Positions 26,827 through 37,063 are shown, counted from the first letter of the stretch. The stretch: DNA of 64,000 nt from Patescibacteria group bacterium (GCA_038063415.1 JBBTVD010000006.1:137948-201947); one strand, 5' to 3'. Notes: generated by a model not told the origin, from the sequence alone. Numbers and translations: made by a program.

Positions 26827-27831
26827 TTATAATGCTCGTAGCTCTTCTTCGATAAACGAATCCAGGTCTCCGTCAAGAATCTTGTCAGGATTACCACTCT
26901 CCACATTAGTTCGCAAATCTTTCACCATTTTATACGGATGGAGGACATATGAGCGGATCTGATTCCCCCAACCAGGCGTTTTGTACCCACCTTTAAGGGC
27001 TGCTTCTTGCTTCTTGCGTTCTTCTTCACGAATTACCCATAACTTGGCCCGAAGCAATTTCATGGCAAACTCACGATTTTGGCTTTGAGAACGTTCTACT
27101 TGAGCTGTCACCACAAGACCCGTTGGTTTATGCTTTAGCCGCACTGCGGTTGATACTTTATTGACGTTTTGCCCACCATGCCCACCACTACGAAAAGCAT
27201 CAAATTCGATATCGTCTTCTTTGAGAAGTTCCGTATCATCATCAGGAACCTCAGGCATTATCTCAACAAGTGCAAATGATGTTTGGCGCAAACTGTCCGA
27301 ATTAAAAGGAGACAATCTCACTAGTCGATGTGTCCCCGCTTCATGTTTTAAGTGTCCATACGCATACATACCCGTGATCGCGATCGTAATACTTTTGAGA
27401 CCTGCCTCCTCTCCTGGTGTTTGATCAAGAATTTCATACGACCATCCTTTTCGTTCGCAATACCTGGTATACATACGAAAAAGCATCTCTGTCCAATCCA
27501 TAGCTTCCGTTCCTCCTTGACCGGAGTGAATACCAAGAATAGCATTGGATTTATCGTATGATCCCGAAAAGAAGAGAAGCGCTTCTAGCTTTTTAAGTAA
27601 TTTTTCTGCTTCAGCAGTCTCACCTTCTTCCTGCCACATTTGCAGGAGTTCTATTTCTTCAATCTCTTTCTGGAGCGTCGTTAACTCTTTCATTTTCTTC
27701 CCAGCAGTCTGATGATCCTGCCAGAAGTCGGCATGCATACTTTCTTTTTCCAGCTCAAGAATTCGTTTTTGCTTCTCCGGGATGTTTACCGTCGTTACCA
27801 ATTTATTAATACGTTCTTTAAGATTTTCCAT
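26827..27831 (-). CDS. prfB: peptide chain release factor 2 (no programmed frameshift)
   Basis: RLSPFNS (the SPF motif of RF2) and GGQ in [18 protein letters not shown] single continuous 334-aa ORF. Confidence 0.85.
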   Translation of the reverse strand: MENLKERINKLVTTVNIPEKQKRILELEKESMHADFWQDHQTAGKKMKELTTLQKEIEEIELLQMWQEEGETAEAEKLLKKLEALLFFSGSYDKSNAILGIHSGQGGTEAMDWTEMLFRMYTRYCERKGWSYEILDQTPGEEAGLKSITIAITGMYAYGHLKHEAGTHRLVRLSPFNSDSLRQTSFALVEIMPEVPDDDTELLKEDDIEFDAFRSGGHGGQNVNKVSTAVRLKHKPTGLVVTAQVERSQSQNREFAMKLLRAKLWVIREEERKKQEAALKGGYKTPGWGNQIRSYVLHPYKMVKDLRTNVESGNPDKILDGDLDSFIEEELRAL

Positions 27832-27834
27832 AGA

Positions 27835-28206
27835 TTATTTTGTCGTTTCTAGTACTCCATTCACCTGATCTGTCACAAATTCCTTTCCTACTTCTATATC
27901 CTGAGGAACTTTTTGCAGCCGCATAATTGCTCCAAGTATATCAGAAATCTTTGTATCAAGAATGTCTTCTTTGACAACTTCTGCATTTTTGCCAAGATCT
28001 TTGACAATTTGTTCATTGATCTTTTCTGCACGCTTTGTTTCTGCACCTTTTACTACTTTTTCCTCTTCTTCTTCAGTTTCTTCAGCAGCAGGAAGCAAGG
28101 ATGCAAGATCAACCGTAGGAATTGAAGGAATACCTGAAGAAAAGACAAAAAAGCCAATGCCGCCAAGGAAAACGGTTATCAAAAATATTTTGAGAAAAAA
28201 GAACAT
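27835..28206 (-). CDS. hypothetical membrane protein with acidic stretch
   Basis: One TM, an EETEEEEEK stretch and a Lys-rich C-terminus. The start is ambiguous between 28251 and 28206; the longer form overlaps the ldhA-like gene. Confidence 0.3.
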   Translation of the reverse strand: MFFFLKIFLITVFLGGIGFFVFSSGIPSIPTVDLASLLPAAEETEEEEEKVVKGAETKRAEKINEQIVKDLGKNAEVVKEDILDTKISDILGAIMRLQKVPQDIEVGKEFVTDQVNGVLETTK

Positions 28207-28216
28207 ATAAAACTGA

Positions 28217-29218
28217 TCAGGCAACCATATTCTGTGGCTTTTGCTCGGCAAAGTCGAGGATATTTTGAACCGTCACATCAAGAATCATCTGGAGTGCTTC
28301 ACGACTATTAAAAGCATTATGTGGCGTCACAATGACATTCTCATTGTTCATCAAGAGATGATTATAGTACAAGGTTTCAAAATCAGGACGTTTTTGGAAA
28401 CGCTCTGTCAAAATCTCGCGTTCTTCTTCAATAATCCCTTCTTGTTCAAGCACATCAAGTCCAGCTCCTCCCAGGATCCCTTTTTCAAGACCAAACAAAA
28501 TAGCTTCTGTCTCAACAATTCCTCCGCGTGCCGTATTGATCAACAAGCTTCCCTTTTTGAATCGTTTAATATTTCGTTTATTAATGAGATGTTGGGTTTG
28601 TTTGGTATACGGTAGGTGGATACTTACGATATCTGATGCACCAAGAAGTTGGTTAACGGTAAGAAAGGTAATGCCATATTTTCTTGCCAATTTTTCATCC
28701 GGGTGACGCGCATAGGCAACGACCTTCATCCCAAACCCTTTGGCAATCTTTGAAACTGCTATACCGATATCTCCAAGTCCTAAAATACCGAGTGTCTTCC
28801 CGGAGATATCCATTCCCGTTAATTCGTGATGATCAAATTGGCCTTGTTTGGTTCGTTGCAACGAAGCATAAATCTTGCGAGTAAGACCCAGAATAAGTGC
28901 AAAGGTATGTTCGGCAACGGTATGGGTGCCATAGTGTGGAACATAACAGACAACTACTCGTTTCTTCCGACAAAAAGGGACATCGATATGATCATATCCT
29001 GTTGAACGGGTCGAAATAAGTTTGAGATTGGGCATTTTATCAAGTACTTCTTTGGTGGGATGGGAAGTAATAAAGATAGAAACGATGTCTACATCCGCAA
29101 ATTGAGAAGCATTTTCTTTGGTAAGAGGCTCTGGATGAAAGATAAGGGTATGGTCAGCCAACTTTTTCTGAAGGTATATTTGTTCCCATGTTTCTACTTC
29201 AAAAAAGGCTATTTTCAT
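28217..29218 (-). CDS. D-isomer-specific 2-hydroxyacid dehydrogenase (D-lactate dehydrogenase-like)
   Basis: GILGLGDIGIAVSKIAKGFGMKV NAD motif with catalytic R/E/H context (NTARGGIV...E...HNAF). Confidence 0.75.
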   Translation of the reverse strand: MKIAFFEVETWEQIYLQKKLADHTLIFHPEPLTKENASQFADVDIVSIFITSHPTKEVLDKMPNLKLISTRSTGYDHIDVPFCRKKRVVVCYVPHYGTHTVAEHTFALILGLTRKIYASLQRTKQGQFDHHELTGMDISGKTLGILGLGDIGIAVSKIAKGFGMKVVAYARHPDEKLARKYGITFLTVNQLLGASDIVSIHLPYTKQTQHLINKRNIKRFKKGSLLINTARGGIVETEAILFGLEKGILGGAGLDVLEQEGIIEEEREILTERFQKRPDFETLYYNHLLMNNENVIVTPHNAFNSREALQMILDVTVQNILDFAEQKPQNMVA

Positions 29219-29356
29219 ACAGCCATCATAGCACAGGCCAGCCTATGACTGTCAAATTACGATAATTTATTTTACCTGAGTATGCGTATCTGAATATGAT
29301 TGAAAAAATTATTGGAGAAATTAAAAATAGGGAGAAATTTAGGCTAGAGTAGGAAC

Positions 29357-31744
29357 TTATCTACTGAATCTCTTTCGTGGAGGGAATTTTGCATCGCGCT
29401 CTTCACGGCTTTCTCGGCGAAGCTGACGTGCAAGTGGATGTTCATTTCCAGCCTCTGCAGGCTGTTGTCTATCTGAAGAAAAGTTCCGTGGTCCTCGGTT
29501 ATTGTCTCGAGAGAAGCGTGATGATCCTCCGCCGGACCTGTTGCCACCACCAAAAGAACGTTGTGGACGATCTGAACGATAGCCGCCGCCTTGTCCTCCT
29601 TGTGGAGCTGAACCACCTTCACCTTGTGGCTGTTCAGGTGCATCACCAAAGAGCATAGAAAGATTAATTCTTCCTTGTTGGTCTTTTTCTTCAACGCGAA
29701 CCTTTACAATATCACCAACAGAGACTACCTCAGATGGATCATTAACAAATCCATGACGCATCTTTGAAACATGAACCATACCTTCACGACCTGGAAGATA
29801 TTCAATAAATGCTCCAAAAGGCAATAATTTCTTTACAGGACCTTCAAATACTTCACCAGGAACAACATCTCGAGTCATGCCACTAATCCAATCAACTGCT
29901 TTTTTGACGGCATCTTCAGAAAGACCTGAGACAGCAACGGTTCCATCATCTTCAACATCAACCTGTGCACCAGTCTGTGCAATGATAAGTCGAATGTTTT
30001 TGCCTCCAGGACCAATAACTTCACCAATTTTGTCGACAGGAACTTGGATAAGTTCAATCTTTGGTGCATATTCTGAAACACTTGTTCGTGGTTGAGGGAT
30101 AATTGCGAGCATCTTCTCAAGAATCTGCATACGTGCACTGCGTGCTCTTGCCAAAATCTCAACAACTTGCTGATCGGTCAGACCAAGAATCTTCACATCA
30201 AGTTGAATTGCAGTAATACCAGTTTCTGTTCCAGCAACTTTGAAGTCCATATCTCCTGAGAAGTCTTCAATACCGATAATATCCGTCAATAATTCATACT
30301 TATCTCCATCAGACATCATACCAACAGAAATACCGGCAACTGGTTTGGTGATTGGGACACCAGCATCCATAAGTGCAAGTGTTGAGCCACACGTTGAAGC
30401 CATAGAGCTAGAACCATTTTGCGAAAGTACTTCAGAAACCAAACGAATCGTGTATGGGAATTCTTTTTGTGATGGGATAACCGCTTTGAGTGCACGTTCT
30501 GCAAGTGCACCGTGACCGATTTCTCGACGTGATGCACCCATAACTCGGCCTGTTTGACCAAAAGAGTATGGAAGTCCTGAGTAATGATGAATAAATCGCT
30601 TTATTTCTTCACCTTCTGCAGATTCAATAACCTGCTCAAGACGAGGTGAACCAAGTGTTGCAATAGTAAGCGCTTGTGTTAAGCCTCTTTGGAAGAGTGC
30701 TGAGCCATGCGTTCTTGGAAGCACACCTGTTTCGATACCGAGTTCTCGAATTTCATCAAGCTTTCGGCCATCCATACGCTGTTGTTTTTCAACCACATTT
30801 CGACGAATAATCTTAAACATGACTGTCTCAAGTGCCTGTAAAATAATTTTCTTATCAAACTCTGCACTTGCATCTTTGGCTTTTTCTTGATCAAAAATCA
30901 TATCAACCAGTTTATCGGTTCCATCGCCGCTGGTTTCTTTTTGTGCTCGCTCTTTTGCGAGTTCAAGGATTTCTTTTTGATACCCTTTATCAATCAGAGC
31001 AACCATAGCTGCCATAGCTGCATTTGGGATGACTTCTGATTTTGGTTGACCTACTTTTGAGACCAATTCTTCTATTGAAGCAATCATCTTGCTAGTCTCT
31101 TCATGAGCAAAAGCAACTGCTTCAGCCATGTGAGCTTCAGATACTTGCAACGCACCAGCTTCAATCATGTGTGTTTTTTCTTTGGTTTGTGAGACAACAA
31201 TATCAAGTTCTGAGGTTTCCTGATCAGTAATCGTAGGGTTAAATAAGTAGTCGTATTTACCTTCTTCGTTCTTGACGAGTCCCATACGGATGGCACCAAT
31301 TGGACCTTTCCAAGGGATACGAGACATACTGAGCGCTGCAGACACTGCATTGAGTGCCAGGATATCAGCATCGTTCTCAGCATCTACTGAAAGCACAGTA
31401 ACAATTACTTGTACTTCTTTTTTGTATTCTTTAGGGAAAAGCGGACGAATAGAACGATCAATTAACCGACCACTGAGAACTGCTTCATCAGAAGGACGGC
31501 CTTCTCTTTTTACCCAACGACTTCCTTTGATCTTTCCACCAGCATAGAGACGTTCTCCGTATTCAACACTGAGTGGGAAATAGTCCATGTCAGGACGGAG
31601 TTTACCTTCAACGACAGTTGCAAGCACAACGGTATCACCAAGGCGAGCTACGATTGCTGCTGTTGCTTGTGGTGCAAGATGGCCTGTCTCGAGTGTGAGT
31701 GTTTTTCCTGCGAATTCTAACGAAACTGAAACTTTTTTATTCAT
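29357..31744 (-). CDS. pnp: polynucleotide phosphorylase with ~100-aa C-terminal Gly/Arg-rich (RGG-like) extension
   Basis: Two RNase PH domains, then KH and S1 domains. The tail reads GGQGGGYRSDRPQRSFGGGNRSGGGSSRFSRDNNRGPRNFSSDRQQ...PPRKRFSR. Confidence 0.85.
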   Translation of the reverse strand: MNKKVSVSLEFAGKTLTLETGHLAPQATAAIVARLGDTVVLATVVEGKLRPDMDYFPLSVEYGERLYAGGKIKGSRWVKREGRPSDEAVLSGRLIDRSIRPLFPKEYKKEVQVIVTVLSVDAENDADILALNAVSAALSMSRIPWKGPIGAIRMGLVKNEEGKYDYLFNPTITDQETSELDIVVSQTKEKTHMIEAGALQVSEAHMAEAVAFAHEETSKMIASIEELVSKVGQPKSEVIPNAAMAAMVALIDKGYQKEILELAKERAQKETSGDGTDKLVDMIFDQEKAKDASAEFDKKIILQALETVMFKIIRRNVVEKQQRMDGRKLDEIRELGIETGVLPRTHGSALFQRGLTQALTIATLGSPRLEQVIESAEGEEIKRFIHHYSGLPYSFGQTGRVMGASRREIGHGALAERALKAVIPSQKEFPYTIRLVSEVLSQNGSSSMASTCGSTLALMDAGVPITKPVAGISVGMMSDGDKYELLTDIIGIEDFSGDMDFKVAGTETGITAIQLDVKILGLTDQQVVEILARARSARMQILEKMLAIIPQPRTSVSEYAPKIELIQVPVDKIGEVIGPGGKNIRLIIAQTGAQVDVEDDGTVAVSGLSEDAVKKAVDWISGMTRDVVPGEVFEGPVKKLLPFGAFIEYLPGREGMVHVSKMRHGFVNDPSEVVSVGDIVKVRVEEKDQQGRINLSMLFGDAPEQPQGEGGSAPQGGQGGGYRSDRPQRSFGGGNRSGGGSSRFSRDNNRGPRNFSSDRQQPAEAGNEHPLARQLRRESREERDAKFPPRKRFSR

Positions 31745-31842
31745 GTAATTCTTTTTTCTTTCTTTTCCTTCTTCTTCAAATGCGTAGATTATCTGTCTTC
31801 AACGATCTCTGAAGTATGCTAACTTTTGTATTATACCTGTTC

Positions 31843-32112
31843 TTAGTCTTTAAGTCCAATCTTTTGTAAAATAGTCTTCGTACGACCTTCGTCAACTTTC
31901 TTTAAGAAGTTAATAAGTCTTCGACGTTTTGCAATCATTGAGAGTAAACCACGTCGGCTGTGTACGTCATGGATATGTTCTTTCAAATGTTCTGCAAGTC
32001 TTGCAATTCTGTTACTCAAAAGAGCAATCTGTACTTCAGGGCTTCCGGTATCACCCTCTGCGGTCTGGTATTGCTTAATAATATCTTGTTTTTGCACTGT
32101 TGATAGCGGCAT
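31843..32112 (-). CDS. rpsO: 30S ribosomal protein S15
   Basis: MPLSTVQKQDIIKQYQTAEGDTGSPEVQIALLSNRIARLAEHLKEH..HDVHSRRGLL. The start was chosen at residue 55 of the longer track ORF. Confidence 0.85.
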   Translation of the reverse strand: MPLSTVQKQDIIKQYQTAEGDTGSPEVQIALLSNRIARLAEHLKEHIHDVHSRRGLLSMIAKRRRLINFLKKVDEGRTKTILQKIGLKD

Positions 32113-32129
32113 AGTGTGTATTATAACAT

Positions 32130-32426
32130 TTATTTTCCTGACGTGCAAGGAATGACATAGCGTATATCTTGAAAAGAGATGGTTCCGCAGCGGAACGTAA
32201 AGATCGCAACAATAATAACTATCAGAACCAACAGCAGTATTATCCACGGAGCATACGATAAACCAATCTGCCAACGGGATTTTGCTTGATTTTCCAAAGC
32301 AAGACGTGCCTTATCAATAACGATGATACTTTGCTTGTAGTCATTTCGTACTTGCTGTAAATCTTTATTCCAAGCACTAAGCGTTTCAAGCAGCTTACGC
32401 AAGAGTTCTTGTTCGGTTGTGTTCAT
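32130..32426 (-). CDS. small coiled-coil protein with one TM helix
   Basis: 98 aa, helical N-terminus and one TM. No family recognised. Confidence 0.3.
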   Translation of the reverse strand: MNTTEQELLRKLLETLSAWNKDLQQVRNDYKQSIIVIDKARLALENQAKSRWQIGLSYAPWIILLLVLIVIIVAIFTFRCGTISFQDIRYVIPCTSGK

Positions 32427-32643
32427 AATAAGTAGGAGCGGGCTAGGCAGAGAACAGTTTTGGATGCTTTTGTCTCATCTGTTTTCTCGTTTTTCTGAGT
32501 AAAAGAAGATTTTTATCAATCTCTTGCAACAAAGAAAAGAGTTGCGGTATGACTTCATTTTTTGATAATTGTTCTTGATTGTTTCCGGCTGATCTCATCT
32601 TCATACTCATTGTAGTACCAAAAACCCAATTTGGCAAGGTTTC

Positions 32644-33588
32644 TTACCCTTCAAAATTTGAAGAGCCTTTGTACACTTTTGGAGACAACCAATCAACTGG
32701 TGGACGATCTTCAGGAGAGGGAACATCGCTACTCGTTAGTGGAGGCTGGGGCATGGGTTGTGTTGGCTGTGGTACTTGCATAGGTACTGGTGGTTGCTGG
32801 GGCAATGTTCCAAAAGGATTTGCTGATGGCTGCATAGTCGATACTGGAGTTGCTATCCGTTTTGCTCCTCTTTTCATAAGGATGGAGACAATTTCAAAAG
32901 CTAGTGCACTCGTTGATGGATCTTGGAAACCCTTTGTCGCAGAACTAATACCATTAAAAAGATTTTGTGCTGAGTCCTGATCAAACTGAAAACCAAGTGA
33001 CAACAGAATATCTGCCATGTGTTCACTAACAGAAGATCTGTTTGTGGCAACCATCACGACGTCTCCAAATCTTTGATTGTGTTGCTTCACATCAATATTG
33101 ACAATCTTAATGTCTTGCAATTTTTGTGCATCGATAACGCTGGAAAGATCAGCAAGCGAAGGCGTGCCAACAACAATGAGCAGATCAATAGATCCACTTC
33201 CTTTAACATATTGCACGTCTTTCTCTTCAAAAGAAAGCCCTAATTCTCCAGCTTTGACAATAATATTCAGAAGTCCTTTTTGTTCATCAAGTGTATAGGA
33301 AACTTTTTCGATTTCGCCATCACGATAAGGGAAAGAAACAACGAGATCACCAGCTTCGCCACCTCCAAGTTTTTCCTGGACATGATTTATACCCACTAAC
33401 CCGGAAACTTCTACTATGGGACTTGTTGCAGAAGCAATAGATACCTGTTTATTTGCATTTTTAAGAAGCAGATAGAAAGAGAGCGCTGCTGCCATATCAT
33501 CCAAAGATGGATGTGGCCCCACTGCAATACCAATACTAGTACTGGTACTAAGTGCTTCTTTTATCTTTTGTAGTACATTACTATCCAT
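32644..33588 (-). CDS. DHH/DHHA1 phosphoesterase-like protein (NrnA-like) with degenerate catalytic motifs
   Basis: NrnA-like layout: motif I reads GPHPSLDDMAAALSFYLLL (expected HxxPDGDAxGS), and motif III reads NIDVKQHN (expected IDHH). A DHHA1-like C-terminal domain (NRSSVSEHMADIL) is present. Position downstream of infB is typical of this family. The Pro/Gln-rich C-terminal tail is unusual. Confidence 0.4.
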   Translation of the reverse strand: MDSNVLQKIKEALSTSTSIGIAVGPHPSLDDMAAALSFYLLLKNANKQVSIASATSPIVEVSGLVGINHVQEKLGGGEAGDLVVSFPYRDGEIEKVSYTLDEQKGLLNIIVKAGELGLSFEEKDVQYVKGSGSIDLLIVVGTPSLADLSSVIDAQKLQDIKIVNIDVKQHNQRFGDVVMVATNRSSVSEHMADILLSLGFQFDQDSAQNLFNGISSATKGFQDPSTSALAFEIVSILMKRGAKRIATPVSTMQPSANPFGTLPQQPPVPMQVPQPTQPMPQPPLTSSDVPSPEDRPPVDWLSPKVYKGSSNFEG

Positions 33589-33609
33589 AGTTTTTATTAG
33601 TAGAGATTA

Positions 33610-35076
33610 CTAACTATGGGATATTAGCATATCGCCTACTAAAATGTCAAGTGGTGCAGTAAAGACAAGACCGGCTTCATGGCCTTTTTCTACTTTTGAC
33701 GTGGGATTTTTATTAATACGCAACGATTGGAGGGTAGTTTCACCGACAACTGTCTCTCCACGCATAATTCGAACCTTGTCACTTCGAGCAATTCTTCCCT
33801 CTATAACTGATATCCCAAAGGCATAGGTCTTTTCAAAGGGAAATTTTGCCAAAATAGTTGCTTTTCCAAAAACCTGTTCCATTTGTGACAATAGCTTTCC
33901 TTCAAGTGCATCAGAAAGCTCATCAAGGAGTTCATAAATAATCTCGTAGTTTCTTAATAAAACTTTCTCTGTGTAGGCAAGCCGTACAACGTCAGGTCTC
34001 AGTTTGGTGTTGAAGCTTAAGATGATGCTTCCGGTTGATTTTGCAAGAAGCACGTCAGCTTCAGTGACCTCTCCTGTTTTTTTGGATATAACGCTAATTT
34101 CTTCTGGAAATGCTTGAATAATAGCTTCAAGAGAACCCTGGGTATCTGCTATTAAAATAACAGAAATCCCTGTCTTTTCTTTTTCTATTTGGCGGTACAC
34201 TAACTCTCGTTGCAATGGAGCAGATGGCGTCTCTTTTTCTTCGCGAGTGGATTGTTTTTGACGAACAACAGCACCAACTTCAGGTACTTTTTGTAAGCCA
34301 ATAACTTCGACTGCTTCTCCAACGGTTGCTTGCTGTACCTGGTTACCAGTTGGCGAGACAAGTGCCCGTACCTTAAAGATATCCGAGGCTACCTGGAATT
34401 CGCTGCGAACGGTAATGGTACCGTTTTTGATAACAATGGTTGCTTTTGGCCCTGCTCGATTATCGAGACGTGATTCAATCACAATAGCCTGAAGAGGAGC
34501 CTCAGAGGATACTTCCTTTGTATATTCTGGAGACTTGTGCATATCAAAATAGAGTAAAATCAAATCTAACAGTTCTTGAATATTTTGGTTGGTCTTTGCT
34601 GAAACAGCAATGGTCGGAATATCGCCTCCATAACCTTCGAGTGATACTTGCTCAGCAAGAAGCGATTGTTTCGCTTTCTCAGGATTAGCAGTTGGTAAAT
34701 CGATCTTGGTAATAACAACAATAAAAGGGGTTTTGGTAGCTCTAAGGACTTCGATACTTTCTCTCGTTTGTGGCTTAACCCCATCAGTAGCAGAAAGAAT
34801 CAGCAGGGCAATATCGGCAACTTGTGCGCCTCGACCACGCATCTTGGTAAAAGCTTCATGACCTGGTGTGTCAATAAAGGTAATATTTCGATGTTTGCCT
34901 TCATGTTCGATTTCGATTGAAGAAGCACCAATAGTCTGCGTAATACCACCTTTCTCACGTGTAGCCAGAGACGTTTGGCGGATGGCATCAAGGAGGGTAG
35001 TTTTACCATGGTCAACATGGCCGAGAACGGCTACGACAGGAGGATAGACTGAGTGTGACGTATTTTTTTCATCCAT
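33610..35076 (-). CDS. infB: translation initiation factor IF-2 (minimal form starting at the G domain)
   Basis: VVAVLGHVDHGKTTLLD...DTPGHEAF...ITKID are the G motifs, beginning at residue 14. The protein is only 488 aa. Confidence 0.85.
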   Translation of the reverse strand: MDEKNTSHSVYPPVVAVLGHVDHGKTTLLDAIRQTSLATREKGGITQTIGASSIEIEHEGKHRNITFIDTPGHEAFTKMRGRGAQVADIALLILSATDGVKPQTRESIEVLRATKTPFIVVITKIDLPTANPEKAKQSLLAEQVSLEGYGGDIPTIAVSAKTNQNIQELLDLILLYFDMHKSPEYTKEVSSEAPLQAIVIESRLDNRAGPKATIVIKNGTITVRSEFQVASDIFKVRALVSPTGNQVQQATVGEAVEVIGLQKVPEVGAVVRQKQSTREEKETPSAPLQRELVYRQIEKEKTGISVILIADTQGSLEAIIQAFPEEISVISKKTGEVTEADVLLAKSTGSIILSFNTKLRPDVVRLAYTEKVLLRNYEIIYELLDELSDALEGKLLSQMEQVFGKATILAKFPFEKTYAFGISVIEGRIARSDKVRIMRGETVVGETTLQSLRINKNPTSKVEKGHEAGLVFTAPLDILVGDMLISHS

Positions 35077-35125
35077 ACTATGCTTTGCATCTGTTTTTCC
35101 ATACCTAATTGAGAATTCAGAAGAT

Positions 35126-36133
35126 TTATGCTTTTTCTTCCTTAACAGGTTCTGAATCTTCTACTGATGCTTGCTCTCCTTCTGCAGCTTTCCCTTCAAT
35201 CTCAATTCGGTATTTCGTTAATTTGTAAGCAAGTCTTACATTTTGTCCATCCTTACCAATAGCCAAAGAAAGCTCTTCTTGAGGGACAAAAACGTGTGCA
35301 ATCTTTTCAGCTTCATCAAGCTCAACACGAACGTTTTTGGCAGGAGAGAGAGCCTGAACGATATAGGTTTTACTATCTTCTGACCATTGAATAATATCAA
35401 TTTTTTCAAGTCCACCCAATTCCTGGATAATTGCCTGTACTCGGACACCCTTCTGGCCGACACAAGAACCAACTGGATCAATACCAGGCTGTGCTGAATA
35501 GACAGCTACCTTTGAACGATTACCTGGTTCACGAACAACATCTTTGATCTCAACACTTCCTTGAGCAACTTCAGGGACTTCTCTTCTAAATAACTCTTCA
35601 AGCAGTCCATTTGCAGCTCGAGAAACGATAATCTCGTCCCCTTTTGTTCCCTGACGGATATCAACAAGGTAAAAAACGAGTCGTTGATTGAGATGATATT
35701 TCTCATTTTGGATTTGCTCAGAGACTGGCATGATTGCCTCAGCTTTGCCTAAATCGACAATAATATTGGGTCCGGCAAACCGAAGCACCATCCCATTGAC
35801 GAGTGTACCGATTTTCACTTTGTAATCTGAGAAAATTGCTTCTTTTTCTTTCTCACGAATTTTCTGAAGAATAACTTGCTTTGCTGTTTGAGCAGCGATT
35901 CTACCAAATCCTGGTGGTGTAACATCTTTATCTTCTTGGAGGATATGTGCTTCACCAGTATTTGGGTCAAGTTCTGCGGTGAAGGTTTCAAGGTCAGCTT
36001 CCGGGTGATCTTTACGGTATGCGGCAAGGATAGCGTTCTTGACTGTTTCAAGAACGACTTTGACGTCAACTCCTCTTTCTGAAGCGACTTGATTTAGAGC
36101 TAATGCAAATTCACTACGTTGTATCGCTGGCAT
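35126..36133 (-). CDS. nusA: transcription termination/antitermination factor NusA
   Basis: N-terminal domain, S1 (GTLVNGMVLRFA) and KH1/KH2 (SCVGQKGVRVQAI...AIGKDGQNVRLA). The start was chosen at M16 of the track ORF. Confidence 0.85.
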   Translation of the reverse strand: MPAIQRSEFALALNQVASERGVDVKVVLETVKNAILAAYRKDHPEADLETFTAELDPNTGEAHILQEDKDVTPPGFGRIAAQTAKQVILQKIREKEKEAIFSDYKVKIGTLVNGMVLRFAGPNIIVDLGKAEAIMPVSEQIQNEKYHLNQRLVFYLVDIRQGTKGDEIIVSRAANGLLEELFRREVPEVAQGSVEIKDVVREPGNRSKVAVYSAQPGIDPVGSCVGQKGVRVQAIIQELGGLEKIDIIQWSEDSKTYIVQALSPAKNVRVELDEAEKIAHVFVPQEELSLAIGKDGQNVRLAYKLTKYRIEIEGKAAEGEQASVEDSEPVKEEKA

Positions 36134-36247
36134 ATGGGTAAGTATACCAGAATGAGGGAAAACCTTCAAGCAGTGCATCTTAAGGGTTTGTTATAAAAGA
36201 TATAGTAAATACTTTCTCTTTTTAGTAGAATAATATAAATTTGTTTT

Positions 36248-36892
36248 ATGAACCGCATTAAGGTCTTTATCAGTTACTCGTCTAAGCAAAAAATTATTGG
36301 AGGAAGGTTTAAATACTACCTTAACAATTATTGTGGCTATGAAACTTTTATTGCACACGACGATATTCCGCCATCGTCTATTTTTGAGGAAGAAATATTA
36401 AAAGCAATTGAGAGTACCGATCTCTTTATTCCGCTACTTTCTGATAAATTCAAAACCTCTGACTTTACTGATCAAGAAACAGGAGTCGCAGTAGGTATGA
36501 AAAAGAAAATTTTTCCCATAAAGCTACAAGATCTCAACCCTTATGGCTTTATTAACAAATATCATGCTTTACAATATAAGGAATATCCATCAAATTATTT
36601 TCCCAAGGACAACAGTAAAGAACTTGTTCTAGCGATCGCTCAGGTGTGTTTAAAAAATGAAGTATATCGAAGTAAGGCAATTGACTCGCTCCTTTATGCC
36701 TTTTGTCGAAGCACTTCTTTCGAAATAACAAACACTATTATAGAGCTCCTTTCTCGTCATGATCAGATGACATCAGAACAGCTTGATAAAATTACTACGG
36801 CAATAAAGACTAATGTACAAATTTCTGGAGCATGGGGCTTAGAAGAATTTAAGAAATTCTTACATACTAAGTACAACTGGAGCATTGACTGA
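36248..36892 (+). CDS. TIR-domain protein (stand-alone, TIR + ~85-aa C-terminal helical domain)
   Basis: KVFISYSSKQK N-terminal TIR strand, an FIPLLSDKF...FTDQETGVAV core with a conserved Glu, and a unique C-terminal extension. It is markedly AT-rich relative to flanking genes, divergent from nusA and convergent with the Clp operon. Confidence 0.65.
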   Translation: MNRIKVFISYSSKQKIIGGRFKYYLNNYCGYETFIAHDDIPPSSIFEEEILKAIESTDLFIPLLSDKFKTSDFTDQETGVAVGMKKKIFPIKLQDLNPYGFINKYHALQYKEYPSNYFPKDNSKELVLAIAQVCLKNEVYRSKAIDSLLYAFCRSTSFEITNTIIELLSRHDQMTSEQLDKITTAIKTNVQISGAWGLEEFKKFLHTKYNWSID

Positions 36893-36922
36893 AGAAAGAG
36901 GTGCTTGTAAGATATAAATAAG

Positions 36923-37063
36923 ATGAAAACTAAAATGCAACAAGATACAAAAGAAAAATATGAGGAAGTTATTAAGCTTGTGAAAAAAGCTGAAAAAACT
37001 GCACAAAAATTTATAGAGGAAAATAAACGTACTGAGTCGAAGCTACGAATAGGGTACTCTTAA
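36923..37063 (+). CDS. possible 46-aa Lys/Glu-rich helical micro-protein downstream of the TIR gene
   Basis: Hand-found ORF MKTKMQQDTKEKYEEVIKLVKKAEKTAQKFIEENKRTESKLRIGYS. Purine-rich stretch upstream. It could be spurious. Confidence 0.2.
   Translation: MKTKMQQDTKEKYEEVIKLVKKAEKTAQKFIEENKRTESKLRIGYS

Noticed and set aside
26827-27831. Programmed +1 frameshift in prfB
   Set aside because: The ORF is continuous from the Met through the region homologous to the E. coli shift site. No internal in-frame UGA.
28241-28615. 124-aa plus-strand ORF overlapping the 2-hydroxyacid dehydrogenase gene
   Set aside because: Antisense to a gene with clear NAD-binding and catalytic motifs.
31843-32274. 143-aa ORF containing rpsO
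   Set aside because: Only the last 89 aa match S15. The N-terminal 54 codons are a spurious extension into the intergenic region.
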